Source of the DNA: a virus
Taxonomy: Duplodnaviria; Caudoviricetes
Strand: one strand, 5' to 3'
Length of the DNA: 64,000 nt
IMG/VR virus record: IMGVR_UViG_3300035491_000281
Every line of letters starts with the position of its first letter. Within the stretch, counting starts at the first letter, position 1. This document shows, in pieces, positions 28,303-37,252 of this stretch. The notes under the pieces were generated by a model that searched no databases, was not told the DNA's origin, and saw only the letters and a program-made list of their open reading frames with translations. The translations under genes and the position numbers were made by a program.

Positions 28303-28981
28303 CTCTCCCGTGCTGAAGGCACTCCTGGACGCTGGCCTGCAGGAGATAACCCCCGAGACCGACGGGAAGGACCTGCGTGAGCTGATGTTCTACGCCATGT
28401 ACCTACCTGGGGTGGAGAAAGTCTGGATTAGCTTCAGTCGCCGAACTGCGTTCTTCGTAAAGCGCGTGCAGACCTGGTGGGTGGGCAAAGGTCCCGCCGA
28501 ACCCTGGGCACACAACGTCAACCGCCTGCTGGCGGGCTCGCGCACCATGCGTGTGTTTTACGATGAGCGTGAGCTACTCCATTACGACTTGCAAGAGCAA
28601 CTCCACAAACTTAATGCCTTGATCGATCGCAAACCCCTTGATCGGGTTGGGCCGATTACGATCTGGTTGGTCGAGCACCCAGCCAGTGGTCACTACCGTC
28701 TGATCAGTAAACGCCCGGACCTTAGTGCGGGTTATGTCCTCTCCGAGTTCCTGGCCCAGTCCAAGCTGCAAGCCGAACTCACCAACCCACCGCAGAACTC
28801 CAAATACCGCGACTGGTGTCTGGCCTTTCGGGCCGAGCTAAACGACCCTCAGTGTTTCAAGGTTAAGAAGTTGGCCCGTTTTGACGGCGACAAAACGACT
28901 GAAGCAGTCAAATACATGCGGTCTTATGCCGCGGCGCTGGGGACCGACAAAGCCCTGAATCTCATCTACCGTGTGCGTTAA
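28292..28981 (+). CDS. Hypothetical protein
   Basis: 229-aa colinear ORF. Confidence 0.6.
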   Translation: MSVDSPVLKALLDAGLQEITPETDGKDLRELMFYAMYLPGVEKVWISFSRRTAFFVKRVQTWWVGKGPAEPWAHNVNRLLAGSRTMRVFYDERELLHYDLQEQLHKLNALIDRKPLDRVGPITIWLVEHPASGHYRLISKRPDLSAGYVLSEFLAQSKLQAELTNPPQNSKYRDWCLAFRAELNDPQCFKVKKLARFDGDKTTEAVKYMRSYAAALGTDKALNLIYRVR

Positions 28982-29043
28982 CGACAAGAACCAGCTGACC
29001 TGCCAAGAGAACATGGGAGTAATGGCATGAACGATAAATACGC

Positions 29044-29749
29044 ATGAGCAACAAATTTCAGCGGTACCCCGCTGGAAGGCCCCGTCCGGGAACTGCTGGT
29101 TGATCTGGACCGGGAGGGTATCACCGACTGTCTGGACTTTCTCTTGGCTAACAACCGCAGTGGGGGGTTTCCCTACCACAAAGGGGTGGAGTTCCATAGC
29201 GAAGTGGAACGGGTCACCCGTAACATCCGTAGTACACAATACCCCTATACCGAGGACCCTAGTAGCGTGGATCAGCGCGTGCTGCGCGATGCCGATCTGC
29301 TGTATGTGGTGATGTTGGGTGAACCGGACCAGGTATTGGAAGGGCTTCGCGCTGAGGCATCGGTGACGAACAGCGTAGAGGTGAGCTACCAGACAGCGCA
29401 TGAAAAGCAGCTGAAATTCATGTCGCAGGTGAAGCTCTTCACCGAACACGGCCGGCTCTGGTACCAGGAACAACAAACCGAGTTCATCCGTCGATTCAAT
29501 GCGGCCTACTTCGAAAAAACAGCAGTAGTTGACAACTCGGCACCTGGCACTGATGCTGAACAGATTGGTGTTGAAACCGCACTGATCGAACTGCAGAAGG
29601 AGCAGCGACTGACGGTGGAGGAACTACGGGCACTCTACACCCTTTACGACCACGGGGCGATCACCCACGTCCGTACGCAACCTGCAGAACAAGGCACAGG
29701 CGTCAGCCGCGTATTGCAGACGGCGAACCTGTCGATCACGGTGCTCTAA
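29044..29749 (+). pseudogene. Probable degraded HD-domain phosphohydrolase
   Basis: ATG 29044 frame (MSNKFQRYP) stops after 19 codons; downstream frame has PYH directly followed by IRSTQYPY and VLRDADL, with no HD motif between. Confidence 0.5.
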
Positions 29750-29804
29750 GGAATACTCCTTGCCGTTGAGCTATGTAGACAAACCCTAACCTTCTGGAGT
29801 CCGT

Positions 29805-30044
29805 ATGACCACCCTCAACGTCGCGACCAACCCGCGGGAAGTGCGCTTCTCCGTAAGCCAGGAAATCCGTTCGGAGTTGTACCGACTGTGGAATGCGGGC
29901 TGTATCAACAACACCCAACAGGCCATGCTGAACGCGCTGGTCGAACACCGGGAAGGCCATGTCTTAACGGTCCACTACGATGAGACCGGTACGTTCCTAC
30001 ACGCCGTGTTGGAAACCTGCAGCCTACGACTGACCACCCTCTAA
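29805..30044 (+). CDS. Small hypothetical protein
   Basis: RBS GGAG. Confidence 0.6.
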   Translation: MTTLNVATNPREVRFSVSQEIRSELYRLWNAGCINNTQQAMLNALVEHREGHVLTVHYDETGTFLHAVLETCSLRLTTL

Positions 30045-30054
30045 GGAACCCACC

Positions 30055-30447
30055 ATGGCACGTGTGATCTGTGGGTTTCCCGGAGTCGGGAAATCGGAAG
30101 CGGTAAAGTACAACCCCAACCTGGTGGACCTCGACGTACCCGGCAAAACCGATTACGTCGAAACCATTCGGGAACTGCTGGCCGACGGAAAGGATGTCCT
30201 ACTGCCCACCTGGCAGTCGTTGCGCGACGAGCTGGTGGCTGCAGGCATTCATTTCACCTTGGTCTACCCCCAGCGGGATTTGAAGGCCAACTACATTGCC
30301 CGGTACATCCGCCGCGGCAGTCCGGATAAGCTGGTTGAGACGCTCTACCAGAAATGGGACGAGTTTATCACCAGCTGCGAGACCCAGGTAGGTTGTGAGC
30401 ACATTGTGCTACGGCGCAGTGGCGACTACCTGGTTGATGTGCTGTAA
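30055..30447 (+). CDS. Small P-loop NTPase / nucleotide-kinase-like protein
   Basis: ICGFPGVGKS Walker A; YIARYIRRGS. Confidence 0.7.
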   Translation: MARVICGFPGVGKSEAVKYNPNLVDLDVPGKTDYVETIRELLADGKDVLLPTWQSLRDELVAAGIHFTLVYPQRDLKANYIARYIRRGSPDKLVETLYQKWDEFITSCETQVGCEHIVLRRSGDYLVDVL

Positions 30448-30486
30448 CTATAAAGAAAATCCATTCGTTCTATAGACGAGGTACAC

Positions 30487-30852
30487 ATGACTGAAGTAAC
30501 CGAAACCCAGGTCCTGGAAGTGCAGTACAACGAGGAACAGCTGAAGATCATTGGCGACTGCCGTCGGGTGTTCGTCGATCAGATCAAGACCATCGAGCAC
30601 GAAGTAACGCAGGCCGAGGTCGACGAGGAACAGTCGGTCGACGATGCCATCGCCGAGCGGGTACAGGAAGCCATGGCCAGCGTGATCGACCTGCTCGATA
30701 GTGACTACATCCTGGTCCCTAAGGAAGAAGACCTGATGGTACTGCCAGCCTCAACCGAAGTCTTCGTACAAACAAACGCTACCACACCATACATGGTCGG
30801 ATTGGATATCTCCGGCGGGTTGGCGAAGATGTACGCTGAAATCAACAGCTAA
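30487..30852 (+). CDS. INS-family paralog 4 (acidic)
   Basis: AMASVIDLLDSD helix; ends GGLAKMYAEINS*. Confidence 0.75.
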   Translation: MTEVTETQVLEVQYNEEQLKIIGDCRRVFVDQIKTIEHEVTQAEVDEEQSVDDAIAERVQEAMASVIDLLDSDYILVPKEEDLMVLPASTEVFVQTNATTPYMVGLDISGGLAKMYAEINS

Positions 30853-30924
30853 GCCTAAGGAGGCGACCTACGGGTCGCCTCTTTGCCGTCTTTATTTTTT
30901 GTTCAACTCAACGGGGTTTGAAAT

Positions 30925-30933
30925 CTACATCAT
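30925..30933 (+). promoter_or_regulatory. Putative early promoter variant (CTACATCAT, upstream GTTTG)
   Basis: Same position after a terminator as the other copies. Confidence 0.45.
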
Positions 30934-31028
30934 CGACCAGACCCTATTCGGAGTAAGCCCAATGGTTATTGTACTGGATGCACACGGACGGGTGGTTCTA
31001 CGACCGACACCCGTCAAGGACCCACCCC

Positions 31029-31496
31029 ATGCTTGAACACGTCACTCCCGAGCGAGACTACCTCTCCCCCAGCGGACTGCGGTTCAAGGTCCTCTACCTG
31101 GCCAAACACGGCCAGGACTGTTCCCACCCCATGGTGGTCTACACCAACTTGGAACGCACGCACGACCGTCCTGTCGGGGAAATCTGGGTGGTCTCCGAAC
31201 GCATCTTTCGCGAGACCTTCCGCGAAGCCCCGCCCCTAACCCCACAGACAGTCTGGTGTTTGTCGGTCAAGCACACCACCGCCCGGTACGGTGCCAGTCG
31301 GGTCGACAACTACTACTGGCATGGTGACCTGACCCACGATGACCGCCCGGAAATGGCCAAGCGCTTCTGTGTGACTGACGGCGACTACGTCGATGCCCGC
31401 CGCGACGGTGAAGCCAGGTGGCACAGTGGCGGGGAATGCACCCTGCGGGAACTAACTCTGGAGGAGTATCATGAAATTCGAAAAGGCGCTGGCTAA
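31029..31496 (+). CDS. DUF1653-like domain protein
   Basis: FKVLYLAKH...MVVYTNL...IWVVSERIFRETF. Confidence 0.6.
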   Translation: MLEHVTPERDYLSPSGLRFKVLYLAKHGQDCSHPMVVYTNLERTHDRPVGEIWVVSERIFRETFREAPPLTPQTVWCLSVKHTTARYGASRVDNYYWHGDLTHDDRPEMAKRFCVTDGDYVDARRDGEARWHSGGECTLRELTLEEYHEIRKGAG

Positions 31497-32073
31497 GGTC
31501 AAGCCGGGGCAATACTTCAAACAGATCGATGCTGATTGGTCCGAGCACTCGGTTCAGTTTGGTATGGATGAGGAAGGGAACCTGTTCTGGACAGCGGGTA
31601 AGACCAGTGGTGGTCGGCTGCGGGTAGAGGACCACTACCGCGACAATTTTGATTACGAGATCTACGGTGCCTGGGGCGACTCTGAGCCGGTGGGGGTGAA
31701 ACTGACCAGCGGTCCAGTGTTTGCCATAAGCCACCCAGCCGCGCCTGTGGCGCCGGTAACTGAAACCCCCACCATACGCCCCGAGCAAGTCGCGGCGCTA
31801 CAGCAAGGGGCGCCAGAGACCCTCCAGCGGCACTTTATTGCCGACATCAGCAACGCGGTGGATCTGGCACTGGAAGCTGGTATCTACGAAGGTCAGGTGG
31901 TGGACAACGTCCAGACACTGGCCAACCAGGTGATCCGCAGCGTGATGACCGTGGTCGAAGGTAGTGATACGGCACCCGGCTGGCATGTAATCAAAGACGG
32001 TGGTGAGGTATACTTAAAAGCCGTGAGTGTTTCGCCGGGCATCACGGCCATGTTTGACAAGATCAATTCCTGA
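31471..32073 (+). CDS. INS-family paralog 5 with weakly Tad2-like N-terminal domain
   Basis: MKFEKALAKVKPGQ start; VIRSVMTVVEG helix; ends PGITAMFDKINS*. Confidence 0.7.
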   Translation: MKFEKALAKVKPGQYFKQIDADWSEHSVQFGMDEEGNLFWTAGKTSGGRLRVEDHYRDNFDYEIYGAWGDSEPVGVKLTSGPVFAISHPAAPVAPVTETPTIRPEQVAALQQGAPETLQRHFIADISNAVDLALEAGIYEGQVVDNVQTLANQVIRSVMTVVEGSDTAPGWHVIKDGGEVYLKAVSVSPGITAMFDKINS

Positions 32074-32083
32074 GGGTTTCCCC

Positions 32084-32428
32084 ATGCCTGTCCTACAGCT
32101 GGAACCGGTAGGTGGTCACTACGATCACGTCGCCAAGCGCTGTTTCGAGCACGCACCGGACACTCGCGTCTCCTGGTTTCTCACCGCCTGTTTCTGCTAC
32201 TATATCGAAAATGAGTCGATCCTAACCGATGAGCTATTCGATGACTGCTGTCGGTGGTTGCTGGAACATTACGACCAGATCACTCATCCACACAAGAACC
32301 TGATCACCCGCGATATGTTGGCTGCCGGGACGGGCTACAACCTCACCCGAGATGACTACCCGTTACTGGTTCAGGTGTCGGGGTTGAGTTTCATCAAAGA
32401 AGTCGCAGTACACCGCAACGGACTATAA
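32084..32428 (+). CDS. Stand-alone NAD+-DNA-ligase domain Ia-like protein
   Basis: CYYIENESILTDELFD resembles YY..D.P.ISD.EYD; no adenylation KxDG motif. Confidence 0.55.
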   Translation: MPVLQLEPVGGHYDHVAKRCFEHAPDTRVSWFLTACFCYYIENESILTDELFDDCCRWLLEHYDQITHPHKNLITRDMLAAGTGYNLTRDDYPLLVQVSGLSFIKEVAVHRNGL

Positions 32429-32459
32429 CGGACGGAGGGGTTTCCCTCCGTCTATGCCG
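32425..32459 (+). terminator. GC hairpin with TATGCCG tail
   Basis: GACGGAGGG-GTTT-CCCTCCGTC-TATGCCG. Confidence 0.7.
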
Positions 32460-32483
32460 TTTAATCGAAGAAAAGGAGTCTGT

Positions 32484-33602
32484 ATGAATCTACAAATCAA
32501 ACCGCGCAGCGAGCGCCTGTTGAAAAACCTGCGAGAGTACACTCAGCATTATGAGAAATTCGCAGAGGTTGCGGGGCGGGAAAAAATCGCCTTCGATCTG
32601 TATAGTTTCATACGGGGTATCAACACACGGCAGAAGTCATTCAATGTTTACGTACCGGCCACGGAAAAGATCGACACATATCGGCGCGATGTGATTACCC
32701 AACTGATAGAGAACATCTTACCTGCGAACAGCATGGAATTACTCCGCATCAGTCGGGGTGTTTTCGTGATCTTGTTTGCTGAGGAGATCGTGGGTTTGTT
32801 TCACACTTCATCTAGCGCGGGTACACACTTCGAAGTGATTGTCTCTGGGCCAAACGTCCTGTTGGATAGGATAGAAGAATTACTCGCTGAACACTTCCCA
32901 GCTACTAAACCGCCGGCTGTAAATCGACTGGGACTGACCCACCAAGGAAACATCGTAACCCATCAGGAACTCCTACAGGTACGCAGACCCCTGACCAACC
33001 CAGAGCTGTTCTATCCCGGTGTTGGCGAAACGCCGGAAGAGCTGTGGGCTGGTTTTTCTGCATCGTCCAGCAATGTAATGTTGTTACTGGGTGAGCCTGG
33101 AACCGGTAAGTCTTCCTTTATCATGGAGCTTCTTCGGGCGCGTGGTTGGGATGACAACGTCTATCTCGTGGACCAAGACTCGGTACTCGATAGTCCGAAG
33201 CTCAATGATTTTATTCGTACTTTACCGCGGGGGTCGGTAATCATTACCGAAGATGCCGATCGCCTGGTTGGAAAACGTCAGGAGGGTAACAAATCCATGA
33301 CTGGTTTGCTGAATACCACCGCTGGTTTGGTTGGTACCGATACCAAAGTGATTGTCACCACTAACCTACCAACGCTACGGGACGTCGATGAAGCACTGCT
33401 GCGCCCAGGTCGCGCCTTTCGGGTACTGCACTTTAAGCCGTTGACCACGGCACAGGGTTACCAGCTACGTGAATACCTGGGGCTGCCGCCCGTTGTGTTT
33501 AACTCATCACTGAAGGCGGTAACATTGGCCGAAGCCATCAATTACGAAGAACAGGTAGAAACAACCCTCAAGGCGAGCGGGATCGGTTTTACCACCCGCT
33601 GA
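32484..33602 (+). CDS. AAA+ ATPase (single ATPase domain plus N-terminal extension)
   Basis: LLLGEPGTGKS, IITEDAD, VTTN, ALLRPGR. Confidence 0.88.
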   Translation: MNLQIKPRSERLLKNLREYTQHYEKFAEVAGREKIAFDLYSFIRGINTRQKSFNVYVPATEKIDTYRRDVITQLIENILPANSMELLRISRGVFVILFAEEIVGLFHTSSSAGTHFEVIVSGPNVLLDRIEELLAEHFPATKPPAVNRLGLTHQGNIVTHQELLQVRRPLTNPELFYPGVGETPEELWAGFSASSSNVMLLLGEPGTGKSSFIMELLRARGWDDNVYLVDQDSVLDSPKLNDFIRTLPRGSVIITEDADRLVGKRQEGNKSMTGLLNTTAGLVGTDTKVIVTTNLPTLRDVDEALLRPGRAFRVLHFKPLTTAQGYQLREYLGLPPVVFNSSLKAVTLAEAINYEEQVETTLKASGIGFTTR

Positions 33603-33657
33603 CCAAAACTTCGAGTTCGCCACCCACTGCACTAATTCACCAAGAAGGAAGCAACCC

Positions 33658-34233
33658 ATGAGTATCCTCGATATAAACAGCGCTCAGAAACCCCAGGCAA
33701 CACAACCCGGGAAACCACACACCGCTGAGATCCCACCGCAGTGTTTCGGTACCGGGCTGAGTCCCGACGCTGGGGCGCGGGCGGCCGAGCGCATGCGGGA
33801 GCGCAATGCGGCGATGACCATCAAGCGTTTCGTGCGACGCCTGATGTTGGGCTTTAGCCTGTTGTTGATTCTGAGCCTGGGTGGGTTGGGCTACTATGCT
33901 CACGCCACAAAGGTCACCGGTTACGTGACTGACACCCGTAGCTGCTCATTGGAGATCGACGGGAAAGAGCTGACCGGTACCCGTGAATACTCCTACCCCT
34001 TCACCGAAATCCTCGGCTTTCGTCTGATCGACACCAAGCACATCGAGGAAACCACCAAGGTCGATATCCGTGGTGAATCACTGCGGGTGGTTGGTCTCAA
34101 CAATACCGAGTGGTGGACAGTTAAAGTCGGTGTGGGCGAGAAGGGCATTCAACAACTCAAGCCGGCACACACATACACCTTCGTGTTAGGTGACAAGGTC
34201 GGCGTAGTGCCCTATCGCGCCTTTTGTAAGTAA
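33658..34233 (+). CDS. Single-pass membrane protein
   Basis: TM LMLGFSLLLILSLGGLGYY, then beta-rich domain. Confidence 0.65.
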   Translation: MSILDINSAQKPQATQPGKPHTAEIPPQCFGTGLSPDAGARAAERMRERNAAMTIKRFVRRLMLGFSLLLILSLGGLGYYAHATKVTGYVTDTRSCSLEIDGKELTGTREYSYPFTEILGFRLIDTKHIEETTKVDIRGESLRVVGLNNTEWWTVKVGVGEKGIQQLKPAHTYTFVLGDKVGVVPYRAFCK

Positions 34234-34272
34234 ACCTGGGCGCAGGCAGCCCACAACTACGGAGTAACACCC

Positions 34273-34845
34273 ATGCTCTTTCTCGATGACGCTCGATTCA
34301 CCTTCGACGAAAAAATCAGTTATCTCAAAATACAGGTCGACTGGATCGCCGATCGCGGTTATTTCTGCCCACTGGTCTTTGGTAACGCCATGGCGTATTA
34401 CGCCGCTTATGTTGTATCGGCATCTCGTAATGGTCAGCGTTACGAGGAAATGGAGGACGCACTGAGCAAGTTCGCCCCTTATGCCCTGGCGCGGTTCAAA
34501 GAGATCTATGCCGGTGAAGCGTTTATTCTGCGACGTGCTGAGTTTGCGGGGTTGATATTCTCGCAACACCTGACGCACTGTGAGCGGCTCTATCAGCTCC
34601 TGTGTGCGATCGTCAACAGACGCGCCCCTTCAATTACACCGCACAGCATCGTGGTAGCGGCGCACACCTGCGTGACGACTTTTGAAACCCTAACGGTTCC
34701 TGAAACCATCAGTGGCCCGCAGGACATCAACCGTCACATCCGCGAGATCACGGCGCACTACAGCAACCAACTCAAAGAAGTCGAAGAGCTGTGGGAAGCT
34801 GGGCGGTTGTGTAACCCGGCTGAAGTTAAAATCAATCAACCCTAA
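34273..34845 (+). CDS. Hypothetical protein
   Basis: RBS GGAG. Confidence 0.6.
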   Translation: MLFLDDARFTFDEKISYLKIQVDWIADRGYFCPLVFGNAMAYYAAYVVSASRNGQRYEEMEDALSKFAPYALARFKEIYAGEAFILRRAEFAGLIFSQHLTHCERLYQLLCAIVNRRAPSITPHSIVVAAHTCVTTFETLTVPETISGPQDINRHIREITAHYSNQLKEVEELWEAGRLCNPAEVKINQP

Positions 34846-34868
34846 GGAAAAATACACCGTTTCCTTAT

Positions 34869-34877
34869 CTACATGAC
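34869..34877 (+). promoter_or_regulatory. Putative early promoter variant (CTACATGAC)
   Basis: Intergenic variant of the repeated motif. Confidence 0.35.
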
Positions 34878-34938
34878 GCAGTCAGTTTGACTGTGTTTTA
34901 ACCTCCCTCCACCGAGGGTCTACAAAGGAGCCACTACC

Positions 34939-35346
34939 ATGGCCGAGCAAAACGAAGCAATCCACGTTCAATGGACCCCTCCTCCGTCCGATACCCGCGA
35001 GGACGTGTTCGTTAAAATCCTCTTTGTTCATTTGGTGAACCGCGCCATTCAGCGACGCACCATCACCTATGCGGAACTGGCAAGCCTCATTGGCCTACCC
35101 CCGTCGGGAAACCACATGGCCAGTACCTTGGGGCGTTACCTGGGGCGCATCCTCGAATGGTGCTCTAACACCGGACACCCCCATCTGACCTCGTTGGTTG
35201 TGAAGGGTGAAGGGAGTCCGCAAGGCGGTATCCCCGGCAAGGGGTTCTGGGCGTTACTGAACCTTCAGGATACCACCACCAAAGAACGTCGGTTACTAAC
35301 CAAGACGTATCAGGACGCCGTATTCAACTACTACGGTCAACTGTAA
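34939..35346 (+). CDS. Putative winged-HTH DNA-binding protein
   Basis: ITYAELASLIG, LGRILEWC, LTSLVVK, GIPGKGF. Confidence 0.55.
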   Translation: MAEQNEAIHVQWTPPPSDTREDVFVKILFVHLVNRAIQRRTITYAELASLIGLPPSGNHMASTLGRYLGRILEWCSNTGHPHLTSLVVKGEGSPQGGIPGKGFWALLNLQDTTTKERRLLTKTYQDAVFNYYGQL

Positions 35347-35392
35347 GCTGCACGCCGGGGTGGTCACCACCCCGGCCCTTAAGGGGAGTAAC

Positions 35393-35737
35393 ATGTTTCA
35401 TACAGACGCCCGCGGTAGTACCTGGTCGCACACGATCCATGGGCGCGGTAAGCGACTCGACGAAGTTAAAACCGGCTGCTATCTGGTTGAGCACATCGCT
35501 ACCGGGAAGCTCATCACCGGCACCAGCAACCAAGTCAGCCGGGATGTGGATCGCATCATTCAAGCCGTGCACGCCGGCACTTACCCCTGCCCCGCGTTGT
35601 TGAAACTCTGCGCCCACGATCCGGATCTGAAGCTGTACGAATACCCGACCGGGTCACTGAAAGAAGCCAAAGCAATTGAGCGGCAGGTGCGCGCTACACT
35701 GTATCCGGCGTATCTTTTGCTGACCCCAAAACTCTAA
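35393..35737 (+). CDS. Degenerate GIY-YIG-like protein
   Basis: GCYLVEHIATGKLITGTS (GIY/YIG equivalents altered). Confidence 0.5.
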   Translation: MFHTDARGSTWSHTIHGRGKRLDEVKTGCYLVEHIATGKLITGTSNQVSRDVDRIIQAVHAGTYPCPALLKLCAHDPDLKLYEYPTGSLKEAKAIERQVRATLYPAYLLLTPKL

Positions 35738-35766
35738 TACCACTGCCTAACACAACGAGAATCGAC

Positions 35767-36168
35767 ATGGAAATGCCAAAACTCACTCGCATCCAGCCAC
35801 ATCTGTTCCAGGCGTACTATGCCTGGATGGTTGAGAACGCGGCCAAGATCATGATCTACGTTGACGCGGTCCGACTCACCGACGAGTTTCTGAAGAGTAA
35901 GGCCGGTCCCGACGGGACTCTGGCGTTGGATGTTACGCCCCAGGCGGTTCGTTTCCTGTCAACCTCCCAAGAAGGAATTTCTTTCCACACCCGCTTTAAG
36001 GGTGTCGATACGCCGGTGGTGATTCCCTTCGAAGCCTTCAGCACCCTGGCCGGCTGGATCACCGGTTACGAAGAGCCGGTGGTGCTGGTCTTCCCAATGG
36101 TAGAAGATGTGGAGACGCTCCCGACCCCGCCGCAGGACAACCGCCCGAAGCTGACGGTGGTGAAGTAA
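35767..36168 (+). CDS. sspB: SspB-like ClpXP adaptor
   Basis: HLFQAYYAWMVEN, ISFHTRFKG, IPFEA, C-terminal XB-like RPKLTVVK. Confidence 0.85.
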   Translation: MEMPKLTRIQPHLFQAYYAWMVENAAKIMIYVDAVRLTDEFLKSKAGPDGTLALDVTPQAVRFLSTSQEGISFHTRFKGVDTPVVIPFEAFSTLAGWITGYEEPVVLVFPMVEDVETLPTPPQDNRPKLTVVK

Positions 36169-36229
36169 AGAAGACGTCAGGTGTCCGAGGACACCTGCGT
36201 TATACCGCTTTCGGCTCGGGGAGGGGCTG

Positions 36230-36469
36230 ATGACTGTTTCAAATCTACTGTGGCTAGCGCTAATATCAGTACTACTGACGTTGGTAGGTGGTAAGCTGTT
36301 TCATCTACTGCTTAGCCGTAACATGCTGGTATTCACGTTCGCCGTGGTCGAAACTACCGAGGTTGAAACCTACCGTTGCCACCTACAGCGGTTAGCCTGG
36401 CTATATCTGACCGCTATGGCAGACCTGTTTTTACTGGGGGTTATTGTTCTGATGCTGGAGAGTACTTAA
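36230..36469 (+). CDS. Small membrane protein
   Basis: Two TM segments; RBS GGAGG. Confidence 0.55.
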   Translation: MTVSNLLWLALISVLLTLVGGKLFHLLLSRNMLVFTFAVVETTEVETYRCHLQRLAWLYLTAMADLFLLGVIVLMLEST

Positions 36470-36471
36470 CC

Positions 36472-36603
36472 ATGCGCGATATACTCAGCGAGCGGATCGA
36501 GTATCGGAGGCGTGCTCGCCAACGTGACTTTATCTTCTACACCGGACACCTGACCTTCATTGCACTAAACCTTGGTTATGCCGTGAGTCAGTTAGTGTCG
36601 TAA
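36472..36603 (+). CDS. Small membrane peptide
   Basis: RBS GGAG; hydrophobic C-terminus. Confidence 0.45.
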   Translation: MRDILSERIEYRRRARQRDFIFYTGHLTFIALNLGYAVSQLVS

Positions 36604-36620
36604 CTTAGCGAGGGTCTAAC

Positions 36621-37061
36621 ATGGATCGGTTCTCCACGCAAACTGAAACCGCGCGGGCGGTATGGCAATACGCCCTAAAGTCAATGATTGCAGAACTGGT
36701 CGTAGGGGGTGAATTCATGTCAGTGAGTTACCCCGACACGGACAGCAACCCAGCATTGCCCGAAATCGTGGTGCGGTTACCGCTGGGGGAGGATCACATG
36801 CTCAAAATGGCGTTGTTCGTCCACCCTTCACTGGCCGCCAGAGAGCTACTGGTCCTTTTACCGACTGAACGCGAGTTGATGGAGGCCTTCCCGCTACTGC
36901 GGGAAGAGCCACGTCTTTATGCCGGCCTGATCCGCTTCATCAACCGCACTCAACAGTACGGTCTGCGGATGCGCATTACCGAACCCCACGAGGGGTTCAA
37001 ACGGCTGGAGTTCACGTACATCAACGACCGTTCCTTTACTGTAAAGATGGTATTCCAATGA
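36621..37061 (+). CDS. Hypothetical protein
   Basis: RBS GAGG. Confidence 0.6.
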   Translation: MDRFSTQTETARAVWQYALKSMIAELVVGGEFMSVSYPDTDSNPALPEIVVRLPLGEDHMLKMALFVHPSLAARELLVLLPTERELMEAFPLLREEPRLYAGLIRFINRTQQYGLRMRITEPHEGFKRLEFTYINDRSFTVKMVFQ

Positions 37062-37252
37062 GCAATCCCAACAACTGCGATACCTGCCGCTACAAAGAAA
37101 TCAACCGGTCGGCTGGGTATTGTTACATGTTCGCCGAAAAGCCCACCGAGATCTGCATGCAACACAGCCACCGCGAGCAGGGGGAGTTATCCTTTCTCTC
37201 ATCAGTGTTGCGGAACCTGGCAGGTCGCCCGAAGGAGCATATTGGTGAATAA
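37058..37252 (+). CDS. Small Cys/His protein (possible Zn binder)
   Basis: CDTC...C...CMQH; ATGA overlap. Confidence 0.55.
   Translation: MSNPNNCDTCRYKEINRSAGYCYMFAEKPTEICMQHSHREQGELSFLSSVLRNLAGRPKEHIGE

Noticed and set aside
35393-35737. Homing endonuclease serving the thyA intron
   Set aside because: GIY-YIG motif is degenerate, the protein has no DNA-binding tail, and it lies 10 kb away
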